Assembly: GCA_964057225.1 (NCBI GenBank)
Contig: OZ059894.1
Location: 19,282,001-19,346,000, forward strand
DNA from: Auanema rhodensis
Lineage: Eukaryota; Animalia; Nematoda
Direction of reading: 5' to 3'
Length of the DNA stretch: 64,000 nucleotides
Position 1 is the stretch's first letter; each line of letters begins with the position of its first letter. Shown piece by piece: positions 38,901 through 54,949 of this stretch. Below the pieces are notes generated by a model that had not been told where the DNA came from, made no database searches, and worked only from the letters and a program-made list of their open reading frames with translations. The translations under genes and the position numbers were made by a program.

Positions 38901-41900
38901 CAATACAAAAATTAGTTATGATCGTTTGAAAAATGATCCATTAGTGTATGTTGAGTTTCCATGTACACTCAACATTGCTTCCAAAAACATTTTGACAAAA
39001 ATTTTTTCGAAACATTTCAAAATAAATTAGCAAAAAACAGATGTTTTTAGATTCCTTCTTTCAAGGCAAAGACGATGGACAATGTTATTCAACGAAACAA
39101 TTAATTCTTCAGGGTGAAAATCGAGGATATAAGTGTGAACTTATATCAGTTGCTATCTCGGTGCATTTTTAAGCTAGCGCAAATCTGATAACACAGATCG
39201 ACGCAGCTTAAAAATCCGCATCGAATGCACTGTACTACATTGAGAAACGCTTAATACAAAAATTAGTTATGATCGTTTGAAAAATGATGCATTAGTGTAT
39301 GTTGAGTTTCCATGTACACTCAACATTGCTTCCAAAAACATTTTGACAAAAATTTTTTCGAAACATTTCAAAATAAATTAGGAAAAAACAGATGTTTTTA
39401 GATTCCTTTTTTCAAGGGAAAGACGATGGACAATGTTATTCAACGAAAAAATTAATTCTTCAGGGTGAAAATCGAGGATATAAGTGTGAACTTATATCAG
39501 TTGATATCTCGGTGCATTTTTAAGCTAGCGCAAATCTGATAACCCAGATCGACGCAGCTTAAAAATCCGCATCGAATGCACTGTACTACATTGAGAAACG
39601 CTTAATACAAAAATTAGTTATGATCGTTTGAAAAATGATGCATTAGTGTATGTTGAGTTTCCATGTACACTCAACATTGCTTCCAAAAACATTTTGACAA
39701 AAATTTTTTCGAAACATTTCAAAATAAATTAGGAAAAAACAGATGTTTTTAGATTCCTTTTTTCAAGGGAAAGACGATGGACAATGTTATTCAACGAAAA
39801 AATTAATTCTTCAGGGTGAAAATCGAGGATATAAGTGTGAACTTATATCAGTTGCTATCTCGGTGCATTTTTAAGCTAGCGCAAATCTGATAACACAGAT
39901 CGACGCAGCTTAAAAATCCGCATCGAATGCACTATACTACATTGAGAAACGCTTAATACAAAAATTAGTTATGATCGTTTGAAAAATGATGCATTAGTGT
40001 ATGTTGAGTTTCCATGTACACTCAACATTGCTTCCAAAAACATTTTGACAAAAATTTTTTCGAAACATTTCAAAATAAATTAGCAAAAAACAGATGTTTT
40101 TAGATTCCTTTTTTCAAGGCAAAGACGATGAACAATGTTATTCAACGAAAAAATTAATTCTTCAGGGTGAAAATCGAGGATATAAGTGTGAACTTATATC
40201 AGTTGCTATCTCGGTGCATTTTTAAGCTAGCGCAAATCTGATAACACAGATCGACGCAGCTTAAAAATCCGCATCGAATGCACTATACTACATTGAGAAA
40301 CGCTTAATACAAAAATTAGTTATGATCGTTTGAAAAATGATGCATTAGTGTATGTTGAGTTTCCATGTACACTCAACATTGCTTCCAAAAACATTTTGAC
40401 AAAAATTTTTTCGAAAAATTTCAAAATAAATTAGCAAAAAATAGATGTTTTTAGATTCCTTTTTTCAAGGCAAAGACGATGGACAATGTTAATCAACGAA
40501 AAAATTAATTCTTCAGGGTGAAAATCGAGGATATAAGTGTGAACTTATATCAGTTGATATCTCGGTGCATTTTTAAGCTAGCGCAAATCTGATAACACAG
40601 ATCGACGCAGCTTAAAAATCCGCATCGAATGCACTATACTACATTGAGAAACGCTTAATACAAAAATTAGTTATGATCGTTTGAAAAATGATGCATTAGT
40701 GTATGTTGAGTTTCCATGTACACTCAACATTGCTTCCAAAAACATTTTGACAAAAATTTTTTCGAAAAATTTCAAAATAATTTAGCAAAAAGTAGATGTT
40801 TTTAAATTCCTTTTTTCAAGGCAAAGACGATGGACAATGTTATTCAACGAAAAAATTAATTCTTCAGGGTGAAAATCGAGGATATAAGTGTGAACTTATA
40901 TCAGTTGATATCTCGGTGCATTTTTAAGCTAGCGCAAATCTGATAACACAGATCGACGCAGCTTACAAATCCGCATCGAATGCACTATACTACATTGAGA
41001 AACGCTTAATACAAAAATTAGTTATGATCGTTTGAAAAATGATGCATTAGTGTATGTTGAGTTTCCATGTACACTCAACATTGCTTCCAAAAACATTTTG
41101 ACAAAAATTTTTTCGAAAAATTTCAAAATAAATTAGCAAAAAGTAGATGTTTTTAGATTGCTTTTTTCAAGGCAAAGACGATGGACAATGTTATTCAACG
41201 AAAAAATTAATTCTTCAGGGTGAAAATCGAGGATATAAGTGTGAACTTATATCAGTTGATATCTCGGTGCATTTTTAAGCTAGCGCAAATCTGATAACAC
41301 AGATCGACGCAGCTTAAAAATCCGCATCGAATGCACTATACTACATTGAGAAACGCTTAATACAAAAATTAGTTATGATCGTTTGAAAAATGATGCATTA
41401 GTGTATGTTGAGTTTCCATGTACACTCAACATTGCTTCCAAAAACATTTTGACAAAAATTTTTTCGAAAAATTTCAAAATAATTTAGCAAAAAGTAGATG
41501 TTTTTAAATTCCTTTTTTCAAGGCAAAGACGATGGACAATGTTATTCAACGAAAAAATTAATTCTTCAGGGTGAAAATCGAGGATATAAGTGTGAACTTA
41601 TATCAGTTGATATCTCGGTGCATTTTTAAGCTAGCGCAAATCTGATAACACAGATCGACGCAGCTTACAAATCCGCATCGAATGCACTATACTACATTGA
41701 GAAACGCTTAATACAAAAATTAGTTATGATCGTTTGAAAAATGATGCATTAGTGTATGTTGAGTTTCCATGTACACTCAACATTGCTTCCAAAAACATTT
41801 TGACAAAAATTTTTTCGAAAAATTTCAAAATAAATTAGCAAAAAGTAGATGTTTTTAGATTGCTTTTTTCAAGGCAAAGACGATGGACAATGTTATTCAA

Positions 41901-44900
41901 CGAAAAAATTAATTCTTCAGGGTGAAAATCGAGGATATAAGTGTGAACTTATATCAGTTGATATCTCGGTGCATTTTTAAGCTAGCGCAAATCTGATAAC
42001 ACAGATCGACGCAGCTTAAAAATCCGCATCGAATGCACTATACTACATTGAGAAACGCTTAATACAAAAATTAGTTATGATCGTTTGAAAAATGATGCAT
42101 TAGTGTATGTTGAGTTTCCATGTACACTCAACATTGCTTCCAAAAACATTTTGACAAAAATGTTTTTCGAAAAATTTCAAAATAAATTAGCAAAAAATAG
42201 ATGTTTTTAGATTCCTTTTTTCAAGGCAAAGACGATGGACAATGTTAATCAACGAAAAAATTAATTCTTCAGGGTGAAAATCGAGGATATAAGTGTGAAC
42301 TTATATCAGTTGATATCTCGGTGCATTTTTAAGCTAGCGCAAATCTGATAACACAGATCGACGCAGCTTAAAAATCCGCATCGAATGCACTATACTACAT
42401 TGAGAAACGCTTAATACAAAAATTAGTTATGATCGTTTGAAAAATGATGCATTAGTGTATGTTGAGTTTCCATGTACACTCAACATTGCTTCCAAAAACA
42501 TTTTGACAAAAATTTTTTCGAAAAATTTCAAAATAATTTAGCAAAAAGTAGATGTTTTTAAATTCCTTTTTTCAAGGCAAAGACGATGGACAATGTTATT
42601 CAACGAAAAAATTAATTCTTCAGGGTGAAAATCGAGGATATAAGTGTGAACTTATATCAGTTGATATCTCGGTGCATTTTTAAGCTAGCGCAAATCTGAT
42701 AACACAGATCGACGCAGCTTACAAATCCGCATCGAATGCACTATACTACATTGAGAAACGCTTAATACAAAAATTAGTTATGATCGTTTGAAAAATGATG
42801 CATTAGTGTATGTTGAGTTTCCATGTACACTCAACATTGCTTCCAAAAACATTTTGACAAAAATTTTTTCGAAAAATTTCAAAATAAATTAGCAAAAAGT
42901 AGATGTTTTTAGATTGCTTTTTTCAAGGCAAAGACGATGGACAATGTTATTCAACGAAAAAATTAATTCTTCAGGGTGAAAATCGAGGATATAAGTGTGA
43001 ACTTATATCAGTTGATATCTCGGTGCATTTTTAAGCTAGCGCAAATCTGATAACACAGATCGACGCAGCTTAAAAATCCGCATCGAATGCACTATACTAC
43101 ATTGAGAAACGCTCAATACAAAAATTAGTTATGATCGTTTGAAAAATGATCCATTAGTGTATGTTGAGTTTCCATGTACACTCAACATTGCTTCCAAAAA
43201 CATTTTGACAAAAATTTTTTCGAAACATTTCAAAATAAATTAGCAAAAAACAGATGTTTTTAGATTCCTTTTTTCAAGGCAAAGACGATGGACAATGTTA
43301 TTCAACGAAAAAATTAATTCTTCAGGGTGAAAATCGAGGATATAAGTGTGAACTTATATCAGTTGCTATCTCGGTGCATTTTTAAGCTAGCGCAAATCTG
43401 ATAACACAGATCGACGCAGCTTAAAAATCCGCATAGAATGCACTATACTACATTGAGAAACGCTTAATACAAAAATTAGTTATGATCGTTTGAAAAATGA
43501 TGCATTAGTGTATGTTGAGTTTCCATGTACACTCAACATTGCTTCCAAAAACATTTTGACAAAAATTTTTTCGAAAAATTTCAAAATAATTTAGCAAAAA
43601 GTAGATGTTTTTAAATTCCTTTTTTCAAGGCAAAGACGATGGGCAATGTTATTCAACGAAAAATTTAATTCTTCAGGGTGAAAATCGAGGATATAAGTGT
43701 GAACTTATATCAGTTGATATCTCGGTGCATTTTTAAGCTAGCGCAAATCTGATAACACAGATCGACGCAGCTTAAAAATCCGCATCGAATGCACTATACT
43801 ACATTGAGAAACGCTTAATACAAAAATTAGTTATGATCGTTTGAAAAATGATGCATTAGTGTATGTTGAGTTTCCATGTACACTCAACATTGCTTCCAAA
43901 AACATTTTGACAAAAATTTTTTCGAAAAATTTCAAAATAAATTAGCAAAAAGTAGATGTTTTTAGATTCCTTTTTTTAAGGCAAAGACGATGGACAATGT
44001 TATTCAACGAAAAAATTAATTCTTCAGGGTGAAAATCGAGGATATAAGTGTGAACTTATATCAGTTGATATCTCGGTGCATTTTTAAGCTAGCGCAAATC
44101 TGATAACACAGATCGACGCAGCTTAAAAATCCGCATCGAATGCACTATACTACATTGAGAAACGCTTAATACAAAAATTAGTTATGATCGTTTGAAAAAT
44201 GATGCATTAGTGTATGTTGAGTTTCCATGTACACTCAACATTGCTTCCAAAAACATTTTGACAAAAATTTTTTCGAAACATTTCAAAATAAATTAGCAAA
44301 AAACAGATGTTTTTAGATTCCTTTTTTCAAGGCAAAGACGATGGACAATGTTATTCAACGAAAAAATTAAGTCTTCAGGGTGAAAATCGAGGATATAAGT
44401 GTGAACTTATATCAGTTGCTATCTCGGTGCATTTTTAAGCTAGCGCAAATCTGATAACACAGATCGACGCAGCTTAAAAATCCGCATCGAATGCACTATA
44501 CTACATTGAGAAACGCTTAATACAAAAATTAGTTATGATCGTTTGAAAAATGATGCATTAGTGTATGTTGAGTTTCCATGTACACTCAACATTGCTTCCA
44601 AAAACATTTTGACAAAAATTTTTTCGAAAAATTTCAAAATAATTTAGCAAAAAGTAGATGTTTTTAAATTCCTTTTTTCAAGGCAAAGACGATGGGCAAT
44701 GTTATTCAACGAAAAATTTAATTCTTCAGGGTGAAAATCGAGGATATAAGTGTGAACTTATATCAGTTGATATCTCGGTGCATTTTTAAGCTAGCGCAAA
44801 TCTGATAACACAGATCGACGCAGCTTAAAAATCCGCATCGAATGCACTATACTACATTGAGAAACGCTTAATACAAAAATTAGTTATGATCGTTTGAAAA

Positions 44901-47900
44901 ATGATGCATTAGTGTATGTTGAGTTTCCATGTACACTCAACATTGCTTCCAAAAACATTTTGACAAAAATTTTTTCGAAAAATTTCAAAATAAATTAGCA
45001 AAAAGTAGATGTTTTTAGATTCCTTTTTTTAAGGCAAAGACGATGGACAATGTTATTCAACGAAAAAATTAATTCTTCAGGGTGAAAATCGAGGATATAA
45101 GTGTGAACTTATATCAGTTGATATCTCGGTGCATTTTTAAGCTAGCGCAAATCTGATAACACAGATCGACGCAGCTTAAAAATCCGCATCGAATGCACTA
45201 TACTACATTGAGAAACGCTTAATACAAAAATTAGTTATGATCGTTTGAAAAATGATGCATTAGTGTATGTTGAGTTTCCATGTACACTCAACATTGCTTC
45301 CAAAAACATTTTGACAAAAATTTTTTCGAAAAATTTCAAAATAAATTAGCAAAAAGTAGATGTTTTTAGATTGCTTTTTTCAAGGCAAAGACGATGGACA
45401 ATGTTATTCAACGAAAAAATTAATTCTTCAGGGTGAAAATCGAGGATATAAGTGTGAACTTATATCAGTTGATATCTCGGTGCATTTTTAAGCTAGCGCA
45501 AATCTGATAACACAGATCGACGCAGCTTAAAAATCCGCATCGAATGCACTATACTACATTGAGAAACGCTCAATACAAAAATTAGTTATGATCGTTTGAA
45601 AAATGATCCATTAGTGTATGTTGAGTTTCCATGTACACTCAACATTGCTTCCAAAAACATTTTGACAAAAATTTTTTCGAAACATTTCAAAATAAATTAG
45701 CAAAAAACAGATGTTTTTAGATTCCTTTTTTCAAGGCAAAGACGATGGACAATGTTATTCAACGAAAAAATTAATTCTTCAGGGTGAAAATCGAGGATAT
45801 AAGTGTGAACTTATATCAGTTGCTATCTCGGTGCATTTTTAAGCTAGCGCAAATCTGATAACACAGATCGACGCAGCTTAAAAATCCGCATAGAATGCAC
45901 TATACTACATTGAGAAACGCTTAATACAAAAATTAGTTATGATCGTTTGAAAAATGATGCATTAGTGTATGTTGAGTTTCCATGTACACTCAACATTGCT
46001 TCCAAAAACATTTTGACAAAAATTTTTTCGAAAAATTTCAAAATAATTTAGCAAAAAGTAGATGTTTTTAAATTCCTTTTTTCAAGGCAAAGACGATGGG
46101 CAATGTTATTCAACGAAAAATTTAATTCTTCAGGGTGAAAATCGAGGATATAAGTGTGAACTTATATCAGTTGATATCTCGGTGCATTTTTAAGCTAGCG
46201 CAAATCTGATAACACAGATCGACGCAGCTTAAAAATCCGCATCGAATGCACTATACTACATTGAGAAACGCTTAATACAAAAATTAGTTATGATCGTTTG
46301 AAAAATGATGCATTAGTGTATGTTGAGTTTCCATGTACACTCAACATTGCTTCCAAAAACATTTTGACAAAAATTTTTTCGAGAAATTTCAAAATAATTT
46401 AGCAAAAAGTAGATGTTTTTAGATTCCTTTTTTCAAGGCAAAGACGATGGACAATGTTTTTCAACGAAAAAATTAATTCTTCAGGGTGAAAATCGAGGAT
46501 ATAAGTGTGAACTTATATCAGTTGATATCTCGGTGCATTTTTAAGCTAGCGCAAATCTGATAACACAGATCGACGCAGCTTAAAAATCCGCATCGAATGC
46601 ACTATACTACATTGAGAAACGCTTAATACAAAAATTAGTTATGATCGTTTGAAAAATGATGCATTAGTGTATGTTGAGTTTCCATGTACACTCAACATTG
46701 CTTCCAAAAACATTTTGACAAAAATTTTTTCGAAAAATTTCAAAATAAATTAGCAAAAAGTAGATGTTTTTAGATTGCTTTTTTCAAGGCAAAGACGATG
46801 GACAATGTTATTCAACGAAAAAATTAATTCTTCAGGGTGAAAATCGAGGATATAAGTGTGAACTTATATCAGTTGATATCTCGGTGCATTTTTAAGCTAG
46901 CGCAAATCTGATAACACAGATCGACGCAGCTTAAAAATCCGCATCGAATGCACTATACTACATTGAGAAACGCTCAATACAAAAATTAGTTATGATCGTT
47001 TGAAAAATGATCCATTAGTGTATGTTGAGTTTCCATGTACACTCAACATTGCTTCCAAAAACATTTTGACAAAAATTTTTTCGAAACATTTCAAAATAAA
47101 TTAGCAAAAAACAGATGTTTTTAGATTCCTTTTTTCAAGGCAAAGACGATGGACAATGTTATTCAACGAAAAAATTAATTCTTCAGGGTGAAAATCGAGG
47201 ATATAAGTGTGAACTTATATCAGTTGCTATCTCGGTGCATTTTTAAGCTAGCGCAAATCTGATAACACAGATCGACGCAGCTTAAAAATCCGCATAGAAT
47301 GCACTATACTACATTGAGAAACGCTTAATACAAAAATTAGTTATGATCGTTTGAAAAATGATGCATTAGTGTATGTTGAGTTTCCATGTACACTCAACAT
47401 TGCTTCCAAAAACATTTTGACAAAAATTTTTTCGAAAAATTTCAAAATAATTTAGCAAAAAGTAGATGTTTTTAAATTCCTTTTTTCAAGGCAAAGACGA
47501 TGGGCAATGTTATTCAACGAAAAATTTAATTCTTCAGGGTGAAAATCGAGGATATAAGTGTGAACTTATATCAGTTGATATCTCGGTGCATTTTTAAGCT
47601 AGCGCAAATCTGATAACACAGATCGACGCAGCTTAAAAATCCGCATCGAATGCACTATACTACATTGAGAAACGCTTAATACAAAAATTAGTTATGATCG
47701 TTTGAAAAATGATGCATTAGTGTATGTTGAGTTTCCATGTACACTCAACATTGCTTCCAAAAACATTTTGACAAAAATTTTTTCGAGAAATTTCAAAATA
47801 ATTTAGCAAAAAGTAGATGTTTTTAGATTCCTTTTTTCAAGGCAAAGACGATGGACAATGTTTTTCAACGAAAAAATTAATTCTTCAGGGTGAAAATCGA

Positions 47901-49086
47901 GGATATAAGTGTGAACTTATATCAGTTGATATCTCGGTGCATTTTTAAGCTAGCGCAAATCTGATAACACAGAACGACGCAGCTTAAAAATCCGCATCGA
48001 ATGCACTATACTACATTGAGAAACGCTTAATACAAAAATTAGTTATGATCGTTTGAAAAATGATGCATTAGTGTATGTTGAGTTTCCATGTACACTCAAC
48101 ATTGCTTCCAAAAACATTTTGACAAAAATTTTTTCGAGAAATTTCAAAATAATTTAGCAAAAAATAGATGTTTTTAGATTCCTTTTTTCAAGGCAAAGAC
48201 GATGGACAATGTTATTCAACGAAAAAATTAATTCTTCAGGGTGAAAATCGAGGATATAAGTGTGAACTTATATCAGTTGATATCTCGGTGCATTTTTAAG
48301 CTAGCGCAAATCTGAGAACACAGATCGACGCAGCTTAAAAATCCGCATCGAATGCACTATACTACATTGAGAAACGCTTAATACAAAAATTAGTTATGAT
48401 CGTTTGAAAAATGATGCATTAGTGTATGTTGAGTTTCCATGTACACTCAACATTGCTTCCAAAAACATTTTGACAAAAATTTTTTCGAAAAATTTCAGAA
48501 TAATTTAGCAAAAAGTAGATGTTTTTAGATTCCTTTTTTCAAGGCAAAGACGATGGACAATGTTATTCAACGAAAAAATTAATTCTTCAGGGTGAAAATC
48601 GAGGATATAAGTGTGAACTTATATCAGTTGATATCTCGGTGCATTTTTAAGCTAGCGCAAATCTGATAACACAGATCGACGCAGCTTAAAAATCCGCATC
48701 GAATGCACTATACTACATTGAGAAACGCTTAATACAAAAATTAGTTATGATCGTTTGAAAAATGATGCATTAGTGTATGTTGAGTTTCCATGTACACTCA
48801 ACATTGCTTCCAAAAACATTTTGACAAAAATTTTTTCGAAAAATTTCAAAATAATTTAGCAAAAAGTAGATGTTTTTAGATTCCTTTTTTCAAGGCAAAG
48901 ACGATGGACAATGTTATTCAACGAAAAAATTAATTCTTCAGGGTGAAAATCGAGGATATAAGTGTGAACTTATATCAGTTGATATCTCGGTGCATTTTTA
49001 AGCTAGCGCAAATCTGCTAACACAGATCGACGCAGCTTAAAAATCCGCATCGAATGCACTATACTACATTGAGAAACGCTTAATAC

Positions 49087-52000
49087 AAAAATTAGTTATG
49101 ATCGTTTGAAAAATGATGCATTAGTGTATGTTGAGTTTCCATGTACACTCAACATTGCTTCCAAAAACATTTTGACAAAAATTTTTTCGAAAAATTTCAG
49201 AATAATTTAGCAAAAAGTAGATGTTTTTAGATTTCTTTTTTCAAGGCAAAGACGATGGTCAATGTTATTCAACGAAAAAATCAATTCTTCAGGGTGAAAA
49301 TCGAGGATATAAGTGTGAACTTATATCAGTTGATATCTCGGTGCATTTTTAAGCTAGCGCAAATCTCAAAAATTAGTTATGATCGTTTGAAAAATGATGC
49401 ATTAGTGTATGTTGAGTTTCCATGTACACTCAACATTGCTTCCAAAAACATTTTGACAAAAATTTTTTCGAAAAATTTCAGAATAATTTAGCAAAAAGTA
49501 GATGTTTTTAGATTCCATTTTTCAAGGCAAAGACGATGGACAATGTTATTCAACGAAAAAATTAATTCTTCAGGGTGAAAATCGAGGATATAAGTTTGAA
49601 CTTATATCAGTTGATATCTCGGTGCATTTTTAAGCTAGCGCAAATCTGATAACACAGATCGACGCAGCTTAAAAATCCGCATCGAATGCACTATACTACA
49701 TTGAAAAACGCTTAATACAAAAATTAGTTATGATCGTTCGAAAAATGATGCATTAGTGTATGTTGAGTTTCCATGTACACTCAACATTGCTTCCAAAAAC
49801 ATTTTGACAAAAATTTTTTCGAAAAATTTCAGAATAATTTAGCAAAAAGTAGATGTTTTTAGATTCCTTTTTTCAAGGCAAAGACGATGGTCAATGTTAT
49901 TCAACGAAAAAATCAATTCTTCAGGGTGAAAATCGAGGATATAAGTGTGAACTTATATCAGTTGATATCTCGGTGCATTTTTAAGCTAGCGCAAATCTGA
50001 GAACACAGATCGACGCAGCTTAAAAATCCGCATCGAATGCACTATACTACATTGAGAAACGCTTAATACAAAAATTAGTTATGATCGTTTGAAAAATGAT
50101 GCATTAGTGTATGTTGAGTTTCCATGTACACTCAACATTGCTTCCAAAAACATTTTGACAAAAATTTTTTCGAGAAATTTCAAAATAATTTAGCAAAAAG
50201 TAGATGTTTTTAGATTCCTTTTTTCAAGGCAAAGACGATGGACAATGTTATTCAACGAAAAAATTAATTCTTCAGGGTGAAAATCGAGGATATAAGTGTG
50301 AACTTATATCAGTTGATATCTCGGTGCATTTTTAAGCTAGCGCAAATCTGATAACACAGATCGACGCAGCTTAAAAATCCGCATCGAATGCACTATACTA
50401 CATTGAGAAACGCTTAATACAAAAATTAGTTATGATCGTTTGAAAAATGATGCATTAGTGTATGTTGAGTTTCCATGTACACTCAACATTGCTTCCAAAA
50501 ACATTTTGACAAAAATTTTTTCGAAAAATTTCAAAATAATTTAGCAAAAAGTAGATGTTTTTAGATTCCTTTTTTCAAGGCAAAGACGATGGACAATGTT
50601 ATTCAACGAAAAAATTAATTCTTCAGGGTGAAAATCGAGGATATAAGTGTGAACTTATATCAGTTGATATCTCGGTGCATTTTTAAGCTAGCGCAAATCT
50701 GCTAACACAGATCGACGCAGCTTAAAAATCCGCATCGAATGCACTATACTACATTGAGAAACGCTTAATACAAAAATTAGTTATGATCGTTTGAAAAATG
50801 ATGCATTAGTGTATGTTGAGTTTCCATGTACACTCAACATTGCTTCCAAAAACATTTTGACAAAAATTTTTTCAAAAAATTTCAGAATAATTTAGCAAAA
50901 AGTAGATGTTTTTAGATTCCATTTTTCAAGGCAAAGACGATGGACAATGTTATTCAACGAAAAAATTAATTCTTCAGGGTGAAAATCGAGGATATAAGTG
51001 TGAACTTATATCAGTTGATATCTCGGTGCATTTTTAAGCTAGCGCAAATCTCAAAAATTAGTTATGATCGTTTGAAAAATGATGCATTAGTGTATGTTGA
51101 GTTTCCATGTACACTCAACATTGCTTCCAAAAACATTTTGACAAAAATTTTTTCGAAAAATTTCAGAATAATTTAGCAAAAAGTAGATGTTTTTAGATTC
51201 CATTTTTCAAGGCAAAGACGATGGACAATGTTATTCAACGAAAAAATTAATTCTTCAGGGTGAAAATCGAGGATATAAGTTTGAACTTATATCAGTTGAT
51301 ATCTCGGTGCATTTTTAAGCTAGCGCAAATCTGATAACACAGATCGACGCAGCTTAAAAATCCGCATCGAATGCACTATACTACATTGAAAAACGCTTAA
51401 TACAAAAATTAGTTATGATCGTTCGAAAAATGATGCATTAGTGTATGTTGAGTTTCCATGTACACTCAACATTGCTTTCAAAAACATTTTGACAAAAATT
51501 TTTTCGAAAAATTTCAGAATAATTTAGCAAAAAGTAGATGTTTTTAGATTCCTTTTTTCAAGGCAAAGACGATGGTCAATGTTATTCAACGAAAAAATCA
51601 ATTCTTCAGGGTGAAAATCGAGGATATAAGTGTGAACTTATATCAGTTGATATCTCGGTGCATTTTTAAGCTAGCGCAAATCTGATAACACAGAACGACG
51701 CAGCTTAAAAATCCGCATCGAATGCACTATACTACATTGAGAAACGCTTAATACAAAAATTAGTTATGATCGTTTGAAAAATGATGCATTAGTGTATGTT
51801 GAGTTTCCATGTACACTCAACATTGCTTCCAAAAACATTTTGACAAAAATTTTTTCGAGAAATTTCAAAATAATTTAGCAAAAAGTAGATGTTTTTAGAT
51901 TCCTTTTTTCAAGGCAAAGACGATGGACAATGTTATTCAACGAAAAAATTAATTCTTCAGGGTGAAAATCGAGGATATAAGTGTGAACTTATATCAGTTG

Positions 52001-53510
52001 ATATCTCGGTGCATTTTTAAGCTAGCGCAAATCTGATAACACAGAACGACGCAGCTTAAAAATCCGCATCGAATGCACTATACTACATTGAGAAACGCTT
52101 AATACAAAAATTAGTTATGATCGTTTGAAAAATGATGCATTAGTGTATGTTGAGTTTCCATGTACACTCAACATTGCTTCCAAAAACATTTTGACAAAAA
52201 TTTTTTCGAGAAATTTCAAAATAATTTAGCAAAAAATAGATGTTTTTAGATTCCTTTTTTCAAGGCAAAGACGATGGACAATGTTATTCAACGAAAAAAT
52301 TAATTCTTCAGGGTGAAAATCGAGGATATAAGTGTGAACTTATATCAGTTGATATCTCGGTGCATTTTTAAGCTAGCGCAAATCTGAGAACACAGATCGA
52401 CGCAGCTTAAAAATCCGCATCGAATGCACTATACTACATTGAGAAACGCTTAATACAAAAATTAGTTATGATCGTTTGAAAAATGATGCATTAGTGTATG
52501 TTGAGTTTCCATGTACACTCAACATTGCTTCCAAAAACATTTTGACAAAAATTTTTTCGAAAAATTTCAAAATAATTTAGCAAAAAGTAGATGTTTTTAG
52601 ATTCCTTTTTTCAAGGCAAAGACGATGGACAATGTTATTCAACGAAAAAATTAATTCTTCAGGGTGAAAATCGAGGATATAAGTGTGAACTTATATCAGT
52701 TGATATCTCGGTGCATTTTTAAGCTAGCGCAAATCTGATAACACAGATCGACGCAGCTTAAAAATCCGCATCGAATGCACTATACTACATTGAGAAACGC
52801 TTAATACAAAAATTAGTTATGATCGTTTGAAAAATGATGCATTAGTGTATGTTGAGTTTCCATGTACACTCAACATTGCTTCCAAAAACATTTTGACAAA
52901 AATTTTTTCGAAAAATTTCAAAATAATTTAGCAAAAAGTAGATGTTTTTAGATTCCTTTTTTCAAGGCAAAGACGATGGACAATGTTATTCAACGAAAAA
53001 ATTAATTCTTCAGGGTGAAAATCGAGGATATAAGTGTGAACTTATATCAGTTGATATCTCGGTGCATTTTTAAGCTAGCGCAAATCTGCTAACACAGATC
53101 GACGCAGCTTAAAAATCCGCATCGAATGCACTATACTACATTGAGAAACGCTTAATACAAAAATTAGTTATGATCGTTTGAAAAATGATGCATTAGTGTA
53201 TGTTGAGTTTCCATGTACACTCAACATTGCTTCCAAAAACATTTTGACAAAAATTTTTTCAAAAAATTTCAGAATAATTTAGCAAAAAGTAGATGTTTTT
53301 AGATTCCATTTTTCAAGGCAAAGACGATGGACAATGTTATTCAACGAAAAAATTAATTCTTCAGGGTGAAAATCGAGGATATAAGTGTGAACTTATATCA
53401 GTTGATATCTCGGTGCATTTTTAAGCTAGCGCAAATCTCAAAAATTAGTTATGATCGTTTGAAAAATGATGCATTAGTGTATGTTGAGTTTCCATGTACA
53501 CTCAACATTG
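49087..53510. repeat. Block containing three 281-bp monomers with an identical 70-bp deletion (5-mer and 7-mer spacing)
   Basis: Junction aaatct|caaaaattag at 49366/7, 51051/2 and 53438/9. Spacings are 1685 (=5x351-70) and 2387 (=7x351-70). Confidence 0.95.
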
Positions 53511-54949
53511 CTTCCAAAAACATTTTGACAAAAATTTTTTCGAAAAATTTCAGAATAATTTAGCAAAAAGTAGATGTTTTTAGATTCCATTTTTCAAGGC
53601 AAAGACGATGGACAATGTTATTCAACGAAAAAATTAATTCTTCAGGGTGAAAATCGAGGATATAAGTTTGAACTTATATCAGTTGATATCTCGGTGCATT
53701 TTTAAGCTAGCGCAAATCTGATAACACAGATCGACGCAGCTTAAAAATCCGCATCGAATGCACTATACTACATTGAAAAACGCTTAATACAAAAATTAGT
53801 TATGATCGTCCGAAAAATGATGCATTAGTGTATGTTGAGTTTCCATGTACACTCAACATTGCTTCCAAAAACATTTTGACAAAAATTTTTTCGAAAAATT
53901 TCAGAATAATTTAGCAAAAAGTAGATGTTTTTAGATTCCTTTTTTCAAGGCAAAGACGATGGTCAATGTTATTCAACGAAAAAATCAATTCTTCAGGGTG
54001 AAAATCGAGGATATAAGTGTGAACTTATATCAGTTGATATCTCGGTGCATTTTTAAGCTAGCGCAAATCTGATAACACAGAACGACGCAGCTTAAAAATC
54101 CGCATCGAATGCACTATACTACATTGAGAAACGCTTAATACAAAAATTAGTTATGATCGTTTGAAAAATGATGCATTAGTGTATGTTGAGTTTCCATGTA
54201 CACTCAACATTGCTTCCAAACACATTTTGACAAAAATTTTTTCGAGAAATTTCAAAATAATTTAGCAAAAAGTAGATGTTTTTAGATTCCTTTTTTCAAG
54301 GCAAAGACGATGGACAATGTTATTCAACGAAAAAATTAATTCTTCAGGGTGAAAATCGAGGATATAAGTGTGAACTTATATCAGTTGATATCTCGGTGCA
54401 TTTTTAAGCTAGCGCAAATCTGATAACACAGAACGACGCAGCTTAAAAATCCGCATCGAATGCACTATACTACATTGAGAAACGCTTAATACAAAAATTA
54501 GTTATGATCGTTTGAAAAATGATGCATTAGTGTATGTTGAGTTTCCATGTACACTCAACATTGCTTCCAAAAACATTTTGACAAAAATTTTTTCGAGAAA
54601 TTTCAAAATAATTTAGCAAAAAATAGATGTTTTTAGATTCCTTTTTTCAAGGCAAAGACGATGGACAATGTTATTCAACGAAAAAATTAATTCTTCAGGG
54701 TGAAAATCGAGGATATAAGTGTGAACTTATATCAGTTGATATCTCGGTGCATTTTTAAGCTAGCGCAAATCTGAGAACACAGATCGACGCAGCTTAAAAA
54801 TCCGCATCGAATGCACTATACTACATTGAGAAACGCTTAATACAAAAATTAGTTATGATCGTTTGAAAAATGATGCATTAGTGTATGTTGAGTTTCCATG
54901 TACACTCAACATTGCTTCCAAAAACATTTTGACAAAAATTTTTTCGAGA

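Noticed and set aside
49255-53563. 65-78 aa ORFs
   Set aside because: Created by the 70-bp deletion joining two short open stretches; no evidence of coding.
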